Program-made: the position numbers and the translations under genes | Notes under the pieces: model-generated | Database searches by the model: none | Seen by the model: only the letters and a program-made list of their open reading frames with translations | Told to the model about the DNA's origin: nothing | Part shown: in pieces, positions 17,858 through 27,107 of the stretch | Layout of the letters: every line of letters begins with the position of its first letter | Position numbering within the stretch: the stretch's first letter is position 1 | Origin: Promethearchaeota archaeon Loki_b32 | GTDB taxonomy: Archaea; Asgardarchaeota; Lokiarchaeia; Sigyniarchaeales; SOKP01 | Length of the DNA: 40,060 nt | Assembly (NCBI GenBank): GCA_005223125.1 | Contig: NJBH01000034.1 | Location: 1-40,060 of the forward strand | Direction of reading: 5' to 3'

Positions 17858-17941
17858 AGATATAATAATAAAACAATCAAATAATTAAGAAATTATTGGC
17901 TAGGAAAATAAAAAAAGTAAGAATTTAGATAATAATTTGAT

Positions 17942-18103
17942 TTAAGATGAATTTTCAGTCTTTCCATTTTTTTTTATACTCTCGATGAAACTTTCTAAAA
18001 TTCTCTCCTTTATTTTAGCATAATCTACGGAAGGAATCTTATTAATTTGTTTATTGCTTCTTTCGATACTTTTAATAATATCTGAACTGATATTTTTAAA
18101 CAT
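17942..18103 (-). CDS. Small hypothetical protein (53 aa), not in the ORF track
   Basis: Manual translation gives MFKNISSDIIKSIERSNKQINKIPSVDYAKIKERILESFIESIKKNGKTENSS*. It fills an otherwise empty gap and has a G-rich motif upstream. Confidence 0.45.
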   Translation of the reverse strand: MFKNISSDIIKSIERSNKQINKIPSVDYAKIKERILESFIESIKKNGKTENSS

Positions 18104-18241
18104 TTTTTACTTTTTTTTATTATCCCCCCAATTTTTTTTCATTTAAAATCTAATTTTTTATACATTATATATTGTTTTATATATTTAAACTTTTTCCCAC
18201 AATTTTCCCACTTACATATACATATTAGGCAAACGGAGAAC

Positions 18242-18279
18242 CTTAAATTCATATGTGAACATTGTTCACTATGCTTAAG
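18242..18279. promoter_or_regulatory. Inverted repeat, candidate operator
   Basis: Perfect core GTGAACA-T-TGTTCAC (18255-18269), extended imperfectly by CATA/TATG and CTTAA/TTAAG. It lies between divergent genes, one encoding a winged-helix protein. Confidence 0.55.
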
Positions 18280-18357
18280 AAAAAAGCAATCTCATTTAAA
18301 ATTAAATTAGTATTTAATGTTTTCTATTGAAAATTTTCTAATTCAAAAGGTTTTTTA

Positions 18358-18708
18358 ATGGTTTTTAATTTCCCATTACAAAATAGTCTAACTATTTTAA
18401 ACATTTTAATTGGGTATAGGATCTTGATTTTTGAAGATTTAATTGGTTTATTAAAAAAAAAGGGATTTAAAGACACACTGGCAGTTTTAATCAATCAGAA
18501 GGACTATAAAACAGATAGACATACATTTTACAATGAATTAAACAAATTCAGCTATTATAATTCATTTTTTCGAGTTAAGGAAGAATTAATCAAAAAGGGA
18601 CTTATAGTTATCGAAAATACAACTAAAGTAAAAACAATCAGACTAACAGAGAAAGGTTTAGAAGTTTACAATAAATTGAATGAAATTAACGATATGATTA
18701 AAAAATAA
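18358..18708 (+). CDS. Winged helix-turn-helix protein (putative transcriptional regulator)
   Basis: SFFRVKEELIKKGLIVIE...TIRLTEKGLEVY is a MarR/ArsR-like wing pattern. The probable true start is the in-frame TTG at 18424. Confidence 0.75.
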   Translation: MVFNFPLQNSLTILNILIGYRILIFEDLIGLLKKKGFKDTLAVLINQKDYKTDRHTFYNELNKFSYYNSFFRVKEELIKKGLIVIENTTKVKTIRLTEKGLEVYNKLNEINDMIKK

Positions 18709-18723
18709 TATCCTAATTTTTTT

Positions 18724-19404
18724 TTGATCTCTAATTTCTGTAGAAGTGTAATATTTTTGATATTAAAAAGATTAATTGTAGGACCTCTCAGTACGAACTC
18801 CTACATCTTTGGTTCAAGCAAAAATAATGAAGTAGTTATAATTGATGTTGGGGGAGAACCTGAGACTTTTATTACTGTAATTGAAAAGATGGATGCAAAA
18901 CCAATCGGTTTATTACTAACGCACGGACATTATGACCATACACTAAAACTCGGGAAATTACTAAGATATTTTAATATTCCATTAATGTTTAGTAAAAAAG
19001 AATTTGACTCTGGAATTTATACTCATAAAAAAGCGGATAGATGGCTTTCAGAAGGAGATTCTATTGAGATTGGAGAATTAACTTTAAATGTTCTCGAAAC
19101 ACCTGGTCATTCTCCTGGTGCATTATCCTACTACTCAAAAGATCCAAAAGAATTTGATGGTCACAAAATAGGAGGCGTTATTTTTACAGGTGACTTAATT
19201 TTTCAACGCAGTATCGGTCGGTCTGATCTAAGAGGGGGAGATTCACAACTTTTATTTTCAAGTATAAGAAACAAGGTGATGTATAATCCAGAGATCTCTG
19301 ATAACTTTCTGATATTTCCGGGGCATATGGACAGTACTTCTGTAGGAGAGGAACGAAAATTCAATATGTTTAAAAAATATTTTTTAGAAAATAATGATCC
19401 TTAG
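18724..19404 (+). CDS. Metallo-beta-lactamase fold hydrolase (glyoxalase II-like)
   Basis: VGPLSTNSYI, LTHGHYDH (HxHxDH), TPGHSPG, FTGDLIF, SIGRSDL and FPGH. Confidence 0.92.
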   Translation: MISNFCRSVIFLILKRLIVGPLSTNSYIFGSSKNNEVVIIDVGGEPETFITVIEKMDAKPIGLLLTHGHYDHTLKLGKLLRYFNIPLMFSKKEFDSGIYTHKKADRWLSEGDSIEIGELTLNVLETPGHSPGALSYYSKDPKEFDGHKIGGVIFTGDLIFQRSIGRSDLRGGDSQLLFSSIRNKVMYNPEISDNFLIFPGHMDSTSVGEERKFNMFKKYFLENNDP

Positions 19405-19458
19405 AAAATTATTCTAAATATGTTTCTTTAACATTAATGTCAGACATCCTTAAGAGTT

Positions 19459-20163
19459 ATGATATCATACTTATTAACTATCAATAAAATATGGCGAATT
19501 TTAATGAAAAAAATAGGTAAAGCTAGTTTGGTGTTATTAGTTTTTTCCGTCTTTTTACTGGGAATTGGTCCTACTACTGTTTTTGCGAGATATCATAGTG
19601 ATTATGAAAATGCTTCACAAAAAATTTTAGAAGAGATTAAGTCATTTACTTTCACTTATGATTCGAGAACGCTTAGATATAATATAATCTTTGGAGCTAG
19701 GTTCATAAAACATAACGATAATATTTCGGAATTAGTATCAGATGTTTTTGTTTTCACCGCTGGTGAACTATTTGTCACAGATTTGACAGCTATACTAACT
19801 TTTGATGCTAGTTTCTCTTATGATGGAACTTTGAATAAAAACGCTGGTGCTGGATATGATAGTACAAGTCTATTCCAAATCGGAGATTTACTTTATAGTT
19901 ATAATATTCATTCATTTAATATAACGAATCATTTATTCCCTCTTGAACTAGAAATAACCTTTGTATATGATTTCACCAGTGACGACGAAGAATTTAGTGA
20001 ATCTGGAACTTATAACGTTGTGAAGAGTTTTACACTAAAAAGTTCTGGTTTTAAAATTCCAGGTTATATCTTATCCACAACAATATCAATATTAGTAGTA
20101 GGAATTCTGGCCGTTGCTATGATTTATAAGAGAAAAAAAATCTTAAAGATCAATAACTCCTAA
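19459..20163 (+). CDS. Secreted/cell-surface protein with C-terminal IPGY-TM-basic sorting tail (PGF-CTERM/Loki-CTERM-like)
   Basis: Signal peptide MKKIGKASLVLLVFSVFLLGIGPTTVFA (likely start ATG 19504). The C-terminus is KIPGYILSTTISILVVGILAVAMIYKRKK. Confidence 0.7.
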   Translation: MISYLLTINKIWRILMKKIGKASLVLLVFSVFLLGIGPTTVFARYHSDYENASQKILEEIKSFTFTYDSRTLRYNIIFGARFIKHNDNISELVSDVFVFTAGELFVTDLTAILTFDASFSYDGTLNKNAGAGYDSTSLFQIGDLLYSYNIHSFNITNHLFPLELEITFVYDFTSDDEEFSESGTYNVVKSFTLKSSGFKIPGYILSTTISILVVGILAVAMIYKRKKILKINNS

Positions 20164-20437
20164 TTTTATACTTTTTTTTTTAATAATAGCACTTTTATAT
20201 ATTCAACTTATTTTCATTGGACGAGATTCTAGTGATCTTATCATTAGTATAGATAATTTACTCTCTGCATTTTATACTACGAGTTCAAAAAAATTTAACC
20301 AGTGTTAATGTCTGTTTTCCTTAATATAATACAAGAATTCCCATTAACCATCAGACAAGAAAATTTTAGTGAAAAATGGTTTTACTGTAGTAAATCCAGT
20401 AATTTCGATAAAAAGTTTAAAAATGAAAAAGGTATAA

Positions 20438-20722
20438 TTACTTAAGGATAATTAGAATGAGGTTCTCTTCCAAAGCTATCATTGTCTCTCCTTTACTAGT
20501 CTCCAATCTTATGAAACTGAGCTCTCCTTCCTTCAACGCCTCAACTACCTGTTTCCCCTTCCCGATAAGTGAGGTAACATATGCAGCAATTGATTCACTG
20601 AGCTCAATTTCTAAATTAGAATCTATCGGCAAACCTGATGAATCACAGATGATCACACCACGAATTCCCTCACGTTCCTCGAATCTTCTTATGATATTTT
20701 TGACTTCCTGCCTATTAATCAT
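20438..20722 (-). CDS. Roadblock/LC7 domain protein, dynein light chain roadblock-like
   Basis: EVKNIIRRFEEREGIRGVIICDSSGLPIDSNL...ELSFIRLETSKGETMIA...LILIIL follows the roadblock/LC7 pattern. Confidence 0.9.
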   Translation of the reverse strand: MINRQEVKNIIRRFEEREGIRGVIICDSSGLPIDSNLEIELSESIAAYVTSLIGKGKQVVEALKEGELSFIRLETSKGETMIALEENLILIILK

Positions 20723-20973
20723 AAAATTTCCACCTTGAGAAATAACAAAAAGTAAATTTTAATATTATAATAGATTTAACATTTTTAAAAATTTATATTC
20801 ACAAATTTTCTTTAAATGAATTAGAACAGATGATTTTTTTCACTTTTCCTTTTTTATATATTTGATAAGTTTAAATTGCTTAAACTCTATATTTAAAATA
20901 TAAATTTATTTAAGATAATTTCTTAACCAATTTCAGAATTCAAATCTATTTAAATTATTTTAAGGAAATTATT

Positions 20974-21327
20974 ATGGTTGATAAAAAAGTAATAGAACAA
21001 AAATTAGCGGAATTAATGGACATTGTTCCTGAAACAGAAGGCTTGATTGCCGCAGATGCGAATGGGAAAGTATTGGTGGGTCAAACAATTACAGATATGG
21101 ACCATGGAAAGATCGCTAAGGCATGTGCTGCAATAATAAAAGATTCCAATAATCTAGGAAAAGATATTGGCAAAGGTGGGTTGAGGACAACTACTATCGA
21201 ATTAGAAAGTGGATTTGCCGTTTTGGTAGGGTCTGAAAAAACGATTTTGATTGGTTTGGCAGGCTTAGATGGAAGGAGCTCTCTTGCTCTTTTAAAAAGA
21301 AATTTAATATCGATAAGTAACTTATAA
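20974..21327 (+). CDS. Roadblock/LC7 (MglB/LAMTOR2-like) domain protein
   Basis: LAELMDIVPETEGLIAADANGKVLVG...LGKDIGKGGLRTTTIELESGFAVLV...SLALLKRNL shows the MglB-type roadblock fold with a C-terminal helix. Confidence 0.82.
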   Translation: MVDKKVIEQKLAELMDIVPETEGLIAADANGKVLVGQTITDMDHGKIAKACAAIIKDSNNLGKDIGKGGLRTTTIELESGFAVLVGSEKTILIGLAGLDGRSSLALLKRNLISISNL

Positions 21328-21386
21328 TATAATTTTATTTTCTCCTTTTTTAAAAGAAATAAGTAGAAATTTAAATGAAAGGAGTT

Positions 21387-24300
21387 TTACTTCTTAGGTT
21401 TTTTTTTTTTATCGCCAAGTCCTCGTTCTTCTAACAGGGAATCTAAATCCATGGTCTTTTTCTCCTTAACTTCTTTAGTTTCTTCCGATTTCTTAAGAGG
21501 TTTTTTAGTTGGAGTAGGTTTTTTCAATTCTGATACAGGAACATATTTTTCTCTTCTTGGTCTTCTTTTAGTAGGTTCTTCAATAGGAGTTGCAATTCGT
21601 TTTCTTATTTTCTGCATATAAATAATTACAACTATCCAGATTACAGCGAAAATAGCTCCAAATATAAACATAAAATATTCTATGAAGTAATCATAAATAG
21701 GAGGTTCATAAATCTTGAATGATGTTTCAGCAGTTGATCTTATACTCTCATTTGTTATTATATTTTGGGAGAATATTGAAATTGAGATGTTTAAATTATT
21801 AATCGCTCCTATATCTATTTCAATAATCAAATTTGTTTTTTCTCCAGGAGAAAACCAATCTAGCGATAAATAATCTATCTGTACAATAGAATAAGAGAAT
21901 TCATAGTTCAATTCAATAGAAAAATTATTAAAAACTCTCAAATTCGAATCTCCAATATTTACAAGAGTAATTGTGAATGTTGTTTCTCTGTTCTTGTAAA
22001 CAAGAACGTCATTTTTATTAATGGAAATTGAAATATTATTTGATTGATGAATTATATTAATTGAAATGTTTTTAGATACCTCATTTACAACGTCTCCGCT
22101 CCATATTAGTCGAACTAAGAGATCTCCTTCAAAATCAATTTTTTGAGTATTTATTAAAAAGGATGTCAAGCCATTTGAATCCGTGAGATCTGAACCTATT
22201 GTAACCCATAAATTAGTATCATAGTATTGGCAGGTAACGTTTTTATTAATTAATTCATCTTCAAATTCAGTGGCTAAAATAGAGGTAATATTAATAATTT
22301 GACCCTTGACAGGATTACTTGGATTAATCGAGATATTTGTGAATATACTATTTAAATTTAAGGAGAATTCATTACTAAATTGTCTGTAGCTACTTACATA
22401 GTTTTGATCGATTACATTAACTAGAAATGAGATGTTTTTAGGATAGTAAAGACATTCATCTCTTTGAAATTCATATAAAATGCCCGAAGTTGTAGCTTCT
22501 TCAGTTACTCTTAATCCAAGTATATTGCCTTCAAAATTATCTTTGGTTTCATTACTAAGTAATGAAATTTCAGGAAGTTCATACGTCCCAATATCAACAT
22601 CATCGATATATAGAGTAATAAGTGTTTTCGCACCACCAAGTCTGATTGGTGCGTTACTTCCAGCCCAAACTTTACTATTATTTTCTAAATAAGGTATATT
22701 TAGATTCAGACTGAATTCATTACTCTCATCTTCATGCCCTGAAAAATATAATAAAACCGGATCAGTAGTATTTTCTGCTATAATCCATTCTTCATTTGCA
22801 TATGAAACTAATTTCACATTAACTTTTACACTCACAGAAATAAAAGCATGTAGATTTTGGAGGGTCACGTTTATCTTAACACTTTCGCTAGGATTTATGA
22901 TATCTTCACTTTGTTTATATGAAGTTATCATAACCGGTAGTTGTTGACCTCCTACGCTATAAAGAAATTGTGAATTGACGTCAGTATTATTAATTGGATA
23001 AAAATTTGGCATAGATATACCTGTAGTTTCATTAACCGAAGCTATCAAGATTGTATAATTATCGAAAACTTGTTTATCTTTTTTGAAGTATCCACTAATG
23101 ACATTCGAATCCAACTCCGGATAATACTCACATTCATATAAATCTAAATCATATGCATCAATGTAAATGATAATTTCTTTGCAACCTATTGCAGATCCAT
23201 TGGACCAAAAGAAACCTAAATGATATTTACCAAAAACTGTAAGAGAATTTGTCAAATTTAAAATTGTGTGATTATCAAAATCATAAATTAGGGTGGAATC
23301 TTTAATAGTACCAGTTGAAGATATTCGTTCATAAGGAACATATTTACTACCATTTGGATAAAATAGAGTCACATTAGCGTCACCGCTATTAGGTGCTTTT
23401 AAATTATGGTCTTGAATTTCTAGACTAATAGAAATATTATCTCCATACATGAAACCATTAGTTTCCCATAATATTCCATTATAATTAATATAACTATGCA
23501 TATCATGAATAAAGTTATAACTTGTTAAATTAAGGGAGTAAATACCATCAATATTTGCAAAACTTTCAGGTACAATTACTTTATATTTACTTGAATCTCC
23601 CGTTAAATTTGATTCTCCACTTAATTGCCAAAATATTTCTTGATCAATTGGTTTTGTTAAATTTTGGGCATTAAAGAAATCTGGATATACATACCAAAAC
23701 TCGTAAAAATCCCAATAATTAAAGTTTGGATTGGTACTATTCATAGTATAATTAAAAATCCATTCAGGGTTACTATTATAATTTACACTATAAGTAGTTG
23801 AAGCACTTTCTATCCAGTATGCATTCACAGAATATGTAACATTGAATTGAAAACCTTTAATATTAGTATGATTCCATATAAGATCGATACGAAAATTGGG
23901 GTCATCCTCAATGGGTGTCGAAAAATTATGAATCCATTGGCCTAAACCCCATGTTAAATATGAACTTTCATTATAAGGGTAAGAGGTAATCTCATAATCT
24001 ATTATGGGCATATTTTGAATTGTTAAATTATAGTTTCCACTCATATTGAAATCTGATGGCATATATCCTCGAGTTACATTTAATATAAATAAGCTAGCGT
24101 CTAGCTGTCCTGAAGTGTATTGAGAGATGGAGTAATCAATCACTTCTTTAGCATTTGTCCAATTTTTTCCATCATCTAGAGTTGTTTTTAATTGATGTTC
24201 AGTTTCTAAATCATCTCCATAGTCAAAATTAGGGAGGGTTACAAGGCTATAGACTTCTTTGGAATTATTAGATTTAATAACAATAAAATAATTAGAAAGA

Positions 24301-25505
24301 TTTAGTTTATCAGTATTGCCTACATTAAATTTAAAATAGGAGTAATTGTCTCCAGTATAAGAGTCAACTGTTATAGAATCTTTCATATCATAATAATCTG
24401 GACTTAAATCAACATTAATTAAATGATAATCATCTCTTTCGACTGTAGAATTGGCTCTATAAAGTGTTATGTTTAATTGTGTTGAGGGGGCCTCCACAAG
24501 ATCAAGGGTTCTTATCCATCCATAAAATCCATGAACTGCTGATTCTTTTCCTTTTAAATCAAACTCTAATGCAACATAAGATTGATTTGTTATAGGAAGA
24601 TCAAAAGCATAAGTAGATTGTATATCATATTCATATATAAATGCTTCAAATGACTCCTGATCACTTTCGAAGATAAATTCTATTTCACAAACATTTGATA
24701 GATCAATAAAATTTAAATTTTCATTAATGAAATGCTCCCTTAATTCTTGACGACCCAAACTACTGTTAATAGGTAGTAGAGATATTACTTCTACCCAAGT
24801 AGATTGGGAAAAATCTTTTATTCTTACGGTCAAGTTAGCATCCTCAAAGAGATTGAAAACTAAAGATGAGATTAAAGCTAAAATTTTAGATCTATTAAAT
24901 TCTAGATTTCCCTTTAAAGCAATATTATGGATAGTATTGGTGAAATTAGCTATAATGGTAAAATTCAGCACCCCTTTTGTCGCATTCATATAAACATAAG
25001 AAGAATTAGTACCATCAATTAAATCATTGAAATCACCACTAATTATATCAGTATCTGGATCATCCCAGGTCCAATTTGATTTAGTAGTATTATAATCAAA
25101 AGAGATAAAATCATTTGCGTATAGAGCATCATCATCCTCTATAATATATTCTGTTGTAAAATTATTCTGAAATGTAAAATTAAAATCACCATAAGTGAGA
25201 ACCATATCTTCTGATGGAAGTGAAGGAATTTCAAAATATTCTAGGTTGTCATTTAAATTTTCAGATATATTGTTTACATAAATTCTTACGTCTTGATCCA
25301 CTCCACTGCCATTTATTTTTTCATCTAAATTAGTATTAGAACTTAAAAGTAAATTATCCAATTCTCCTTCATTAGTAGGATTATTAATTTTATCATCTTG
25401 ATATAAGTTAAAATTGCTAAAGATCAGCATATTAGACAAAATAATTGTAATGATGAAAATTGAAGTAAATAAAATTTGTTTTATCTCTTTTTTTCGACGA
25501 TTCAA
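21387..25505 (-). CDS. Large single-pass cell-surface glycoprotein (1372 aa), function unknown
   Basis: N-terminal signal/anchor, then a long beta-rich Asn/Ser/Thr-rich ectodomain with many N-x-S/T sequons and Ig/CARDB-like segments (INPSESVKINVTLQNL; FTITLVNIGDSNL...FSPGEKTNL). A C-terminal TM helix precedes a ~75-aa Lys/Pro/Glu-rich tail. Confidence 0.8.
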   Translation of the reverse strand: MNRRKKEIKQILFTSIFIITIILSNMLIFSNFNLYQDDKINNPTNEGELDNLLLSSNTNLDEKINGSGVDQDVRIYVNNISENLNDNLEYFEIPSLPSEDMVLTYGDFNFTFQNNFTTEYIIEDDDALYANDFISFDYNTTKSNWTWDDPDTDIISGDFNDLIDGTNSSYVYMNATKGVLNFTIIANFTNTIHNIALKGNLEFNRSKILALISSLVFNLFEDANLTVRIKDFSQSTWVEVISLLPINSSLGRQELREHFINENLNFIDLSNVCEIEFIFESDQESFEAFIYEYDIQSTYAFDLPITNQSYVALEFDLKGKESAVHGFYGWIRTLDLVEAPSTQLNITLYRANSTVERDDYHLINVDLSPDYYDMKDSITVDSYTGDNYSYFKFNVGNTDKLNLSNYFIVIKSNNSKEVYSLVTLPNFDYGDDLETEHQLKTTLDDGKNWTNAKEVIDYSISQYTSGQLDASLFILNVTRGYMPSDFNMSGNYNLTIQNMPIIDYEITSYPYNESSYLTWGLGQWIHNFSTPIEDDPNFRIDLIWNHTNIKGFQFNVTYSVNAYWIESASTTYSVNYNSNPEWIFNYTMNSTNPNFNYWDFYEFWYVYPDFFNAQNLTKPIDQEIFWQLSGESNLTGDSSKYKVIVPESFANIDGIYSLNLTSYNFIHDMHSYINYNGILWETNGFMYGDNISISLEIQDHNLKAPNSGDANVTLFYPNGSKYVPYERISSTGTIKDSTLIYDFDNHTILNLTNSLTVFGKYHLGFFWSNGSAIGCKEIIIYIDAYDLDLYECEYYPELDSNVISGYFKKDKQVFDNYTILIASVNETTGISMPNFYPINNTDVNSQFLYSVGGQQLPVMITSYKQSEDIINPSESVKINVTLQNLHAFISVSVKVNVKLVSYANEEWIIAENTTDPVLLYFSGHEDESNEFSLNLNIPYLENNSKVWAGSNAPIRLGGAKTLITLYIDDVDIGTYELPEISLLSNETKDNFEGNILGLRVTEEATTSGILYEFQRDECLYYPKNISFLVNVIDQNYVSSYRQFSNEFSLNLNSIFTNISINPSNPVKGQIINITSILATEFEDELINKNVTCQYYDTNLWVTIGSDLTDSNGLTSFLINTQKIDFEGDLLVRLIWSGDVVNEVSKNISINIIHQSNNISISINKNDVLVYKNRETTFTITLVNIGDSNLRVFNNFSIELNYEFSYSIVQIDYLSLDWFSPGEKTNLIIEIDIGAINNLNISISIFSQNIITNESIRSTAETSFKIYEPPIYDYFIEYFMFIFGAIFAVIWIVVIIYMQKIRKRIATPIEEPTKRRPRREKYVPVSELKKPTPTKKPLKKSEETKEVKEKKTMDLDSLLEERGLGDKKKKPKK

Positions 25506-25671
25506 TAAAACAACCGTAATCTCTAATTTTTGTTTATAAAATAATTTAAAAGTATTAAAATTTCCTAAATTTTTTAATTTTATTAGGGAGTTATAGGATA
25601 TGACAAAATATTTTAAACTTTCAAATTTTTCTTAAATAGTAACACGATTCTTTATAATAAAGGGAATTTAC

Positions 25672-27021
25672 ATGAGTGACGAGCAAATCCTTAATGAAAT
25701 TGAAAGTAATAAAGAAGAATATATCGAATTTCTTAGAGAGTTAATTCAAACTGAATCATATAATCCTCCCGGAAATGAAAAAAATGTGGCTCAAAAAATT
25801 GAAAAATATTTAACTAATGCTGGGGTAAAGACTGAGATATTTCCTTTTGGGGAAAATCGAGCTAACCTAGTAACAACCTTAAATGATAATTTTGATGGAA
25901 AAAATTTATTATATAACGGACATCTTGATGTAGTTCCCCCTGGCTCTGAAGAAGAATGGAAATATCCTCCTCTTTCCGCTGCTTTTAAGAGAAAAAAAAT
26001 ATTTGGAAGAGGTGCTGCTGATATGAAAGGAGGATTAGCAGCTATGGTAATTGCTCTAAAAATTTTAAGGAAATTAAGCATTAAGACTTCTGGTAATTTA
26101 ATTGTAAATGCAGTTGCAGATGAAGAGCTTGGAGGGAAATTAGGTACTAAATGGTGTATTGATAATTTTCTAAAATCAAAAAAGTGTGATTTTGTTGTAG
26201 TAGGTGAACCTACAGGATTTGATCCTTTATCAAAAGCAATAATTATTGGTGAAAAAGGGCGTGTTGCTATAAAAATAATAACAAATGGAATTTCTTGCCA
26301 TGCTGCTGTACCCTTCTTAGGAAAAAATGCTATTTATATGATGAGTGAAATTATTCAAAATTTGGATAAAATAGATGAATTTATCCCAAGAATTGAATCA
26401 CCTTTAACAGAAGACGAATTAAAAGAGTTAATTACTGTAGTTTTTTCCAACAAAGAAATTTTTGAGAAAATATTTAAGGAACAACCTCTACTCCAAAATG
26501 TTATTAAAGCTAATACTCAATTTACAAAAAATTTGACTATGATCAATGGAGGTATTAAATCCAATGTTGTTCCCGATCAATGTGAATCTGTAATTGATTT
26601 TAGATTACTACCAGGCCAAACAACCGAAATGATATTAGATGGTTTGAAGAAATTAATTAATAAACTTGGATATCAAATAAAAGATGAACCAACGGGACTT
26701 CCTAAAGAAGTATTTGTATATTTAGAAATAGAACAATCAGGTGAAGCATCATACTGGAGTGATTGGAAAAATTCCCAAGTTTTGAAAGATTTTTATACGA
26801 TTGTAGAGCAAACTTATAAAAGAACACCTTTTTATTTCATATTGCCTGGAAGTGCAGATGCAAAATTCTATAGAAATACAAACTTCTGTCAACCTACAAT
26901 TTTATTTGGTCCTGGAAATGGGCAAATTGCTCATACGACTAATGAATATATTGAAGCACAAGATTATATTAATGCTATTAAGGTGTATACATTATTTGCT
27001 TATAACTATCTAAAAAATTAA
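25672..27021 (+). CDS. M20 family metallopeptidase/deacylase (ArgE/DapE-like)
   Basis: YNGHLDVVP, GRGAADMKGG, ADEELGG, VGEPT, GGIKSNVVPD, DFRLLPG and FGPG...AHTTNEY. Confidence 0.92.
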   Translation: MSDEQILNEIESNKEEYIEFLRELIQTESYNPPGNEKNVAQKIEKYLTNAGVKTEIFPFGENRANLVTTLNDNFDGKNLLYNGHLDVVPPGSEEEWKYPPLSAAFKRKKIFGRGAADMKGGLAAMVIALKILRKLSIKTSGNLIVNAVADEELGGKLGTKWCIDNFLKSKKCDFVVVGEPTGFDPLSKAIIIGEKGRVAIKIITNGISCHAAVPFLGKNAIYMMSEIIQNLDKIDEFIPRIESPLTEDELKELITVVFSNKEIFEKIFKEQPLLQNVIKANTQFTKNLTMINGGIKSNVVPDQCESVIDFRLLPGQTTEMILDGLKKLINKLGYQIKDEPTGLPKEVFVYLEIEQSGEASYWSDWKNSQVLKDFYTIVEQTYKRTPFYFILPGSADAKFYRNTNFCQPTILFGPGNGQIAHTTNEYIEAQDYINAIKVYTLFAYNYLKN

Positions 27022-27107
27022 GATCTTTCTAAAATTATATAGAAATTTATAAGATTTCACTATTATTAATTTATTAAATCTCAATAAACAGGAAGCCAAG
27101 AAAACCT

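Noticed and set aside
20164-20437. Possible ncRNA or small ORF in the 270-nt convergent intergenic gap
   Set aside because: No cloverleaf, convincing C/D boxes, strong hairpin or credible ORF was found by eye.
21387-21410. C-terminal dilysine (COPI retrieval) motif on the giant surface protein
   Set aside because: The tail ends KKKKPKK with Pro at -3, so it fits neither KKxx nor KxKxx, and Lys-rich ends are common in AT-rich genomes.
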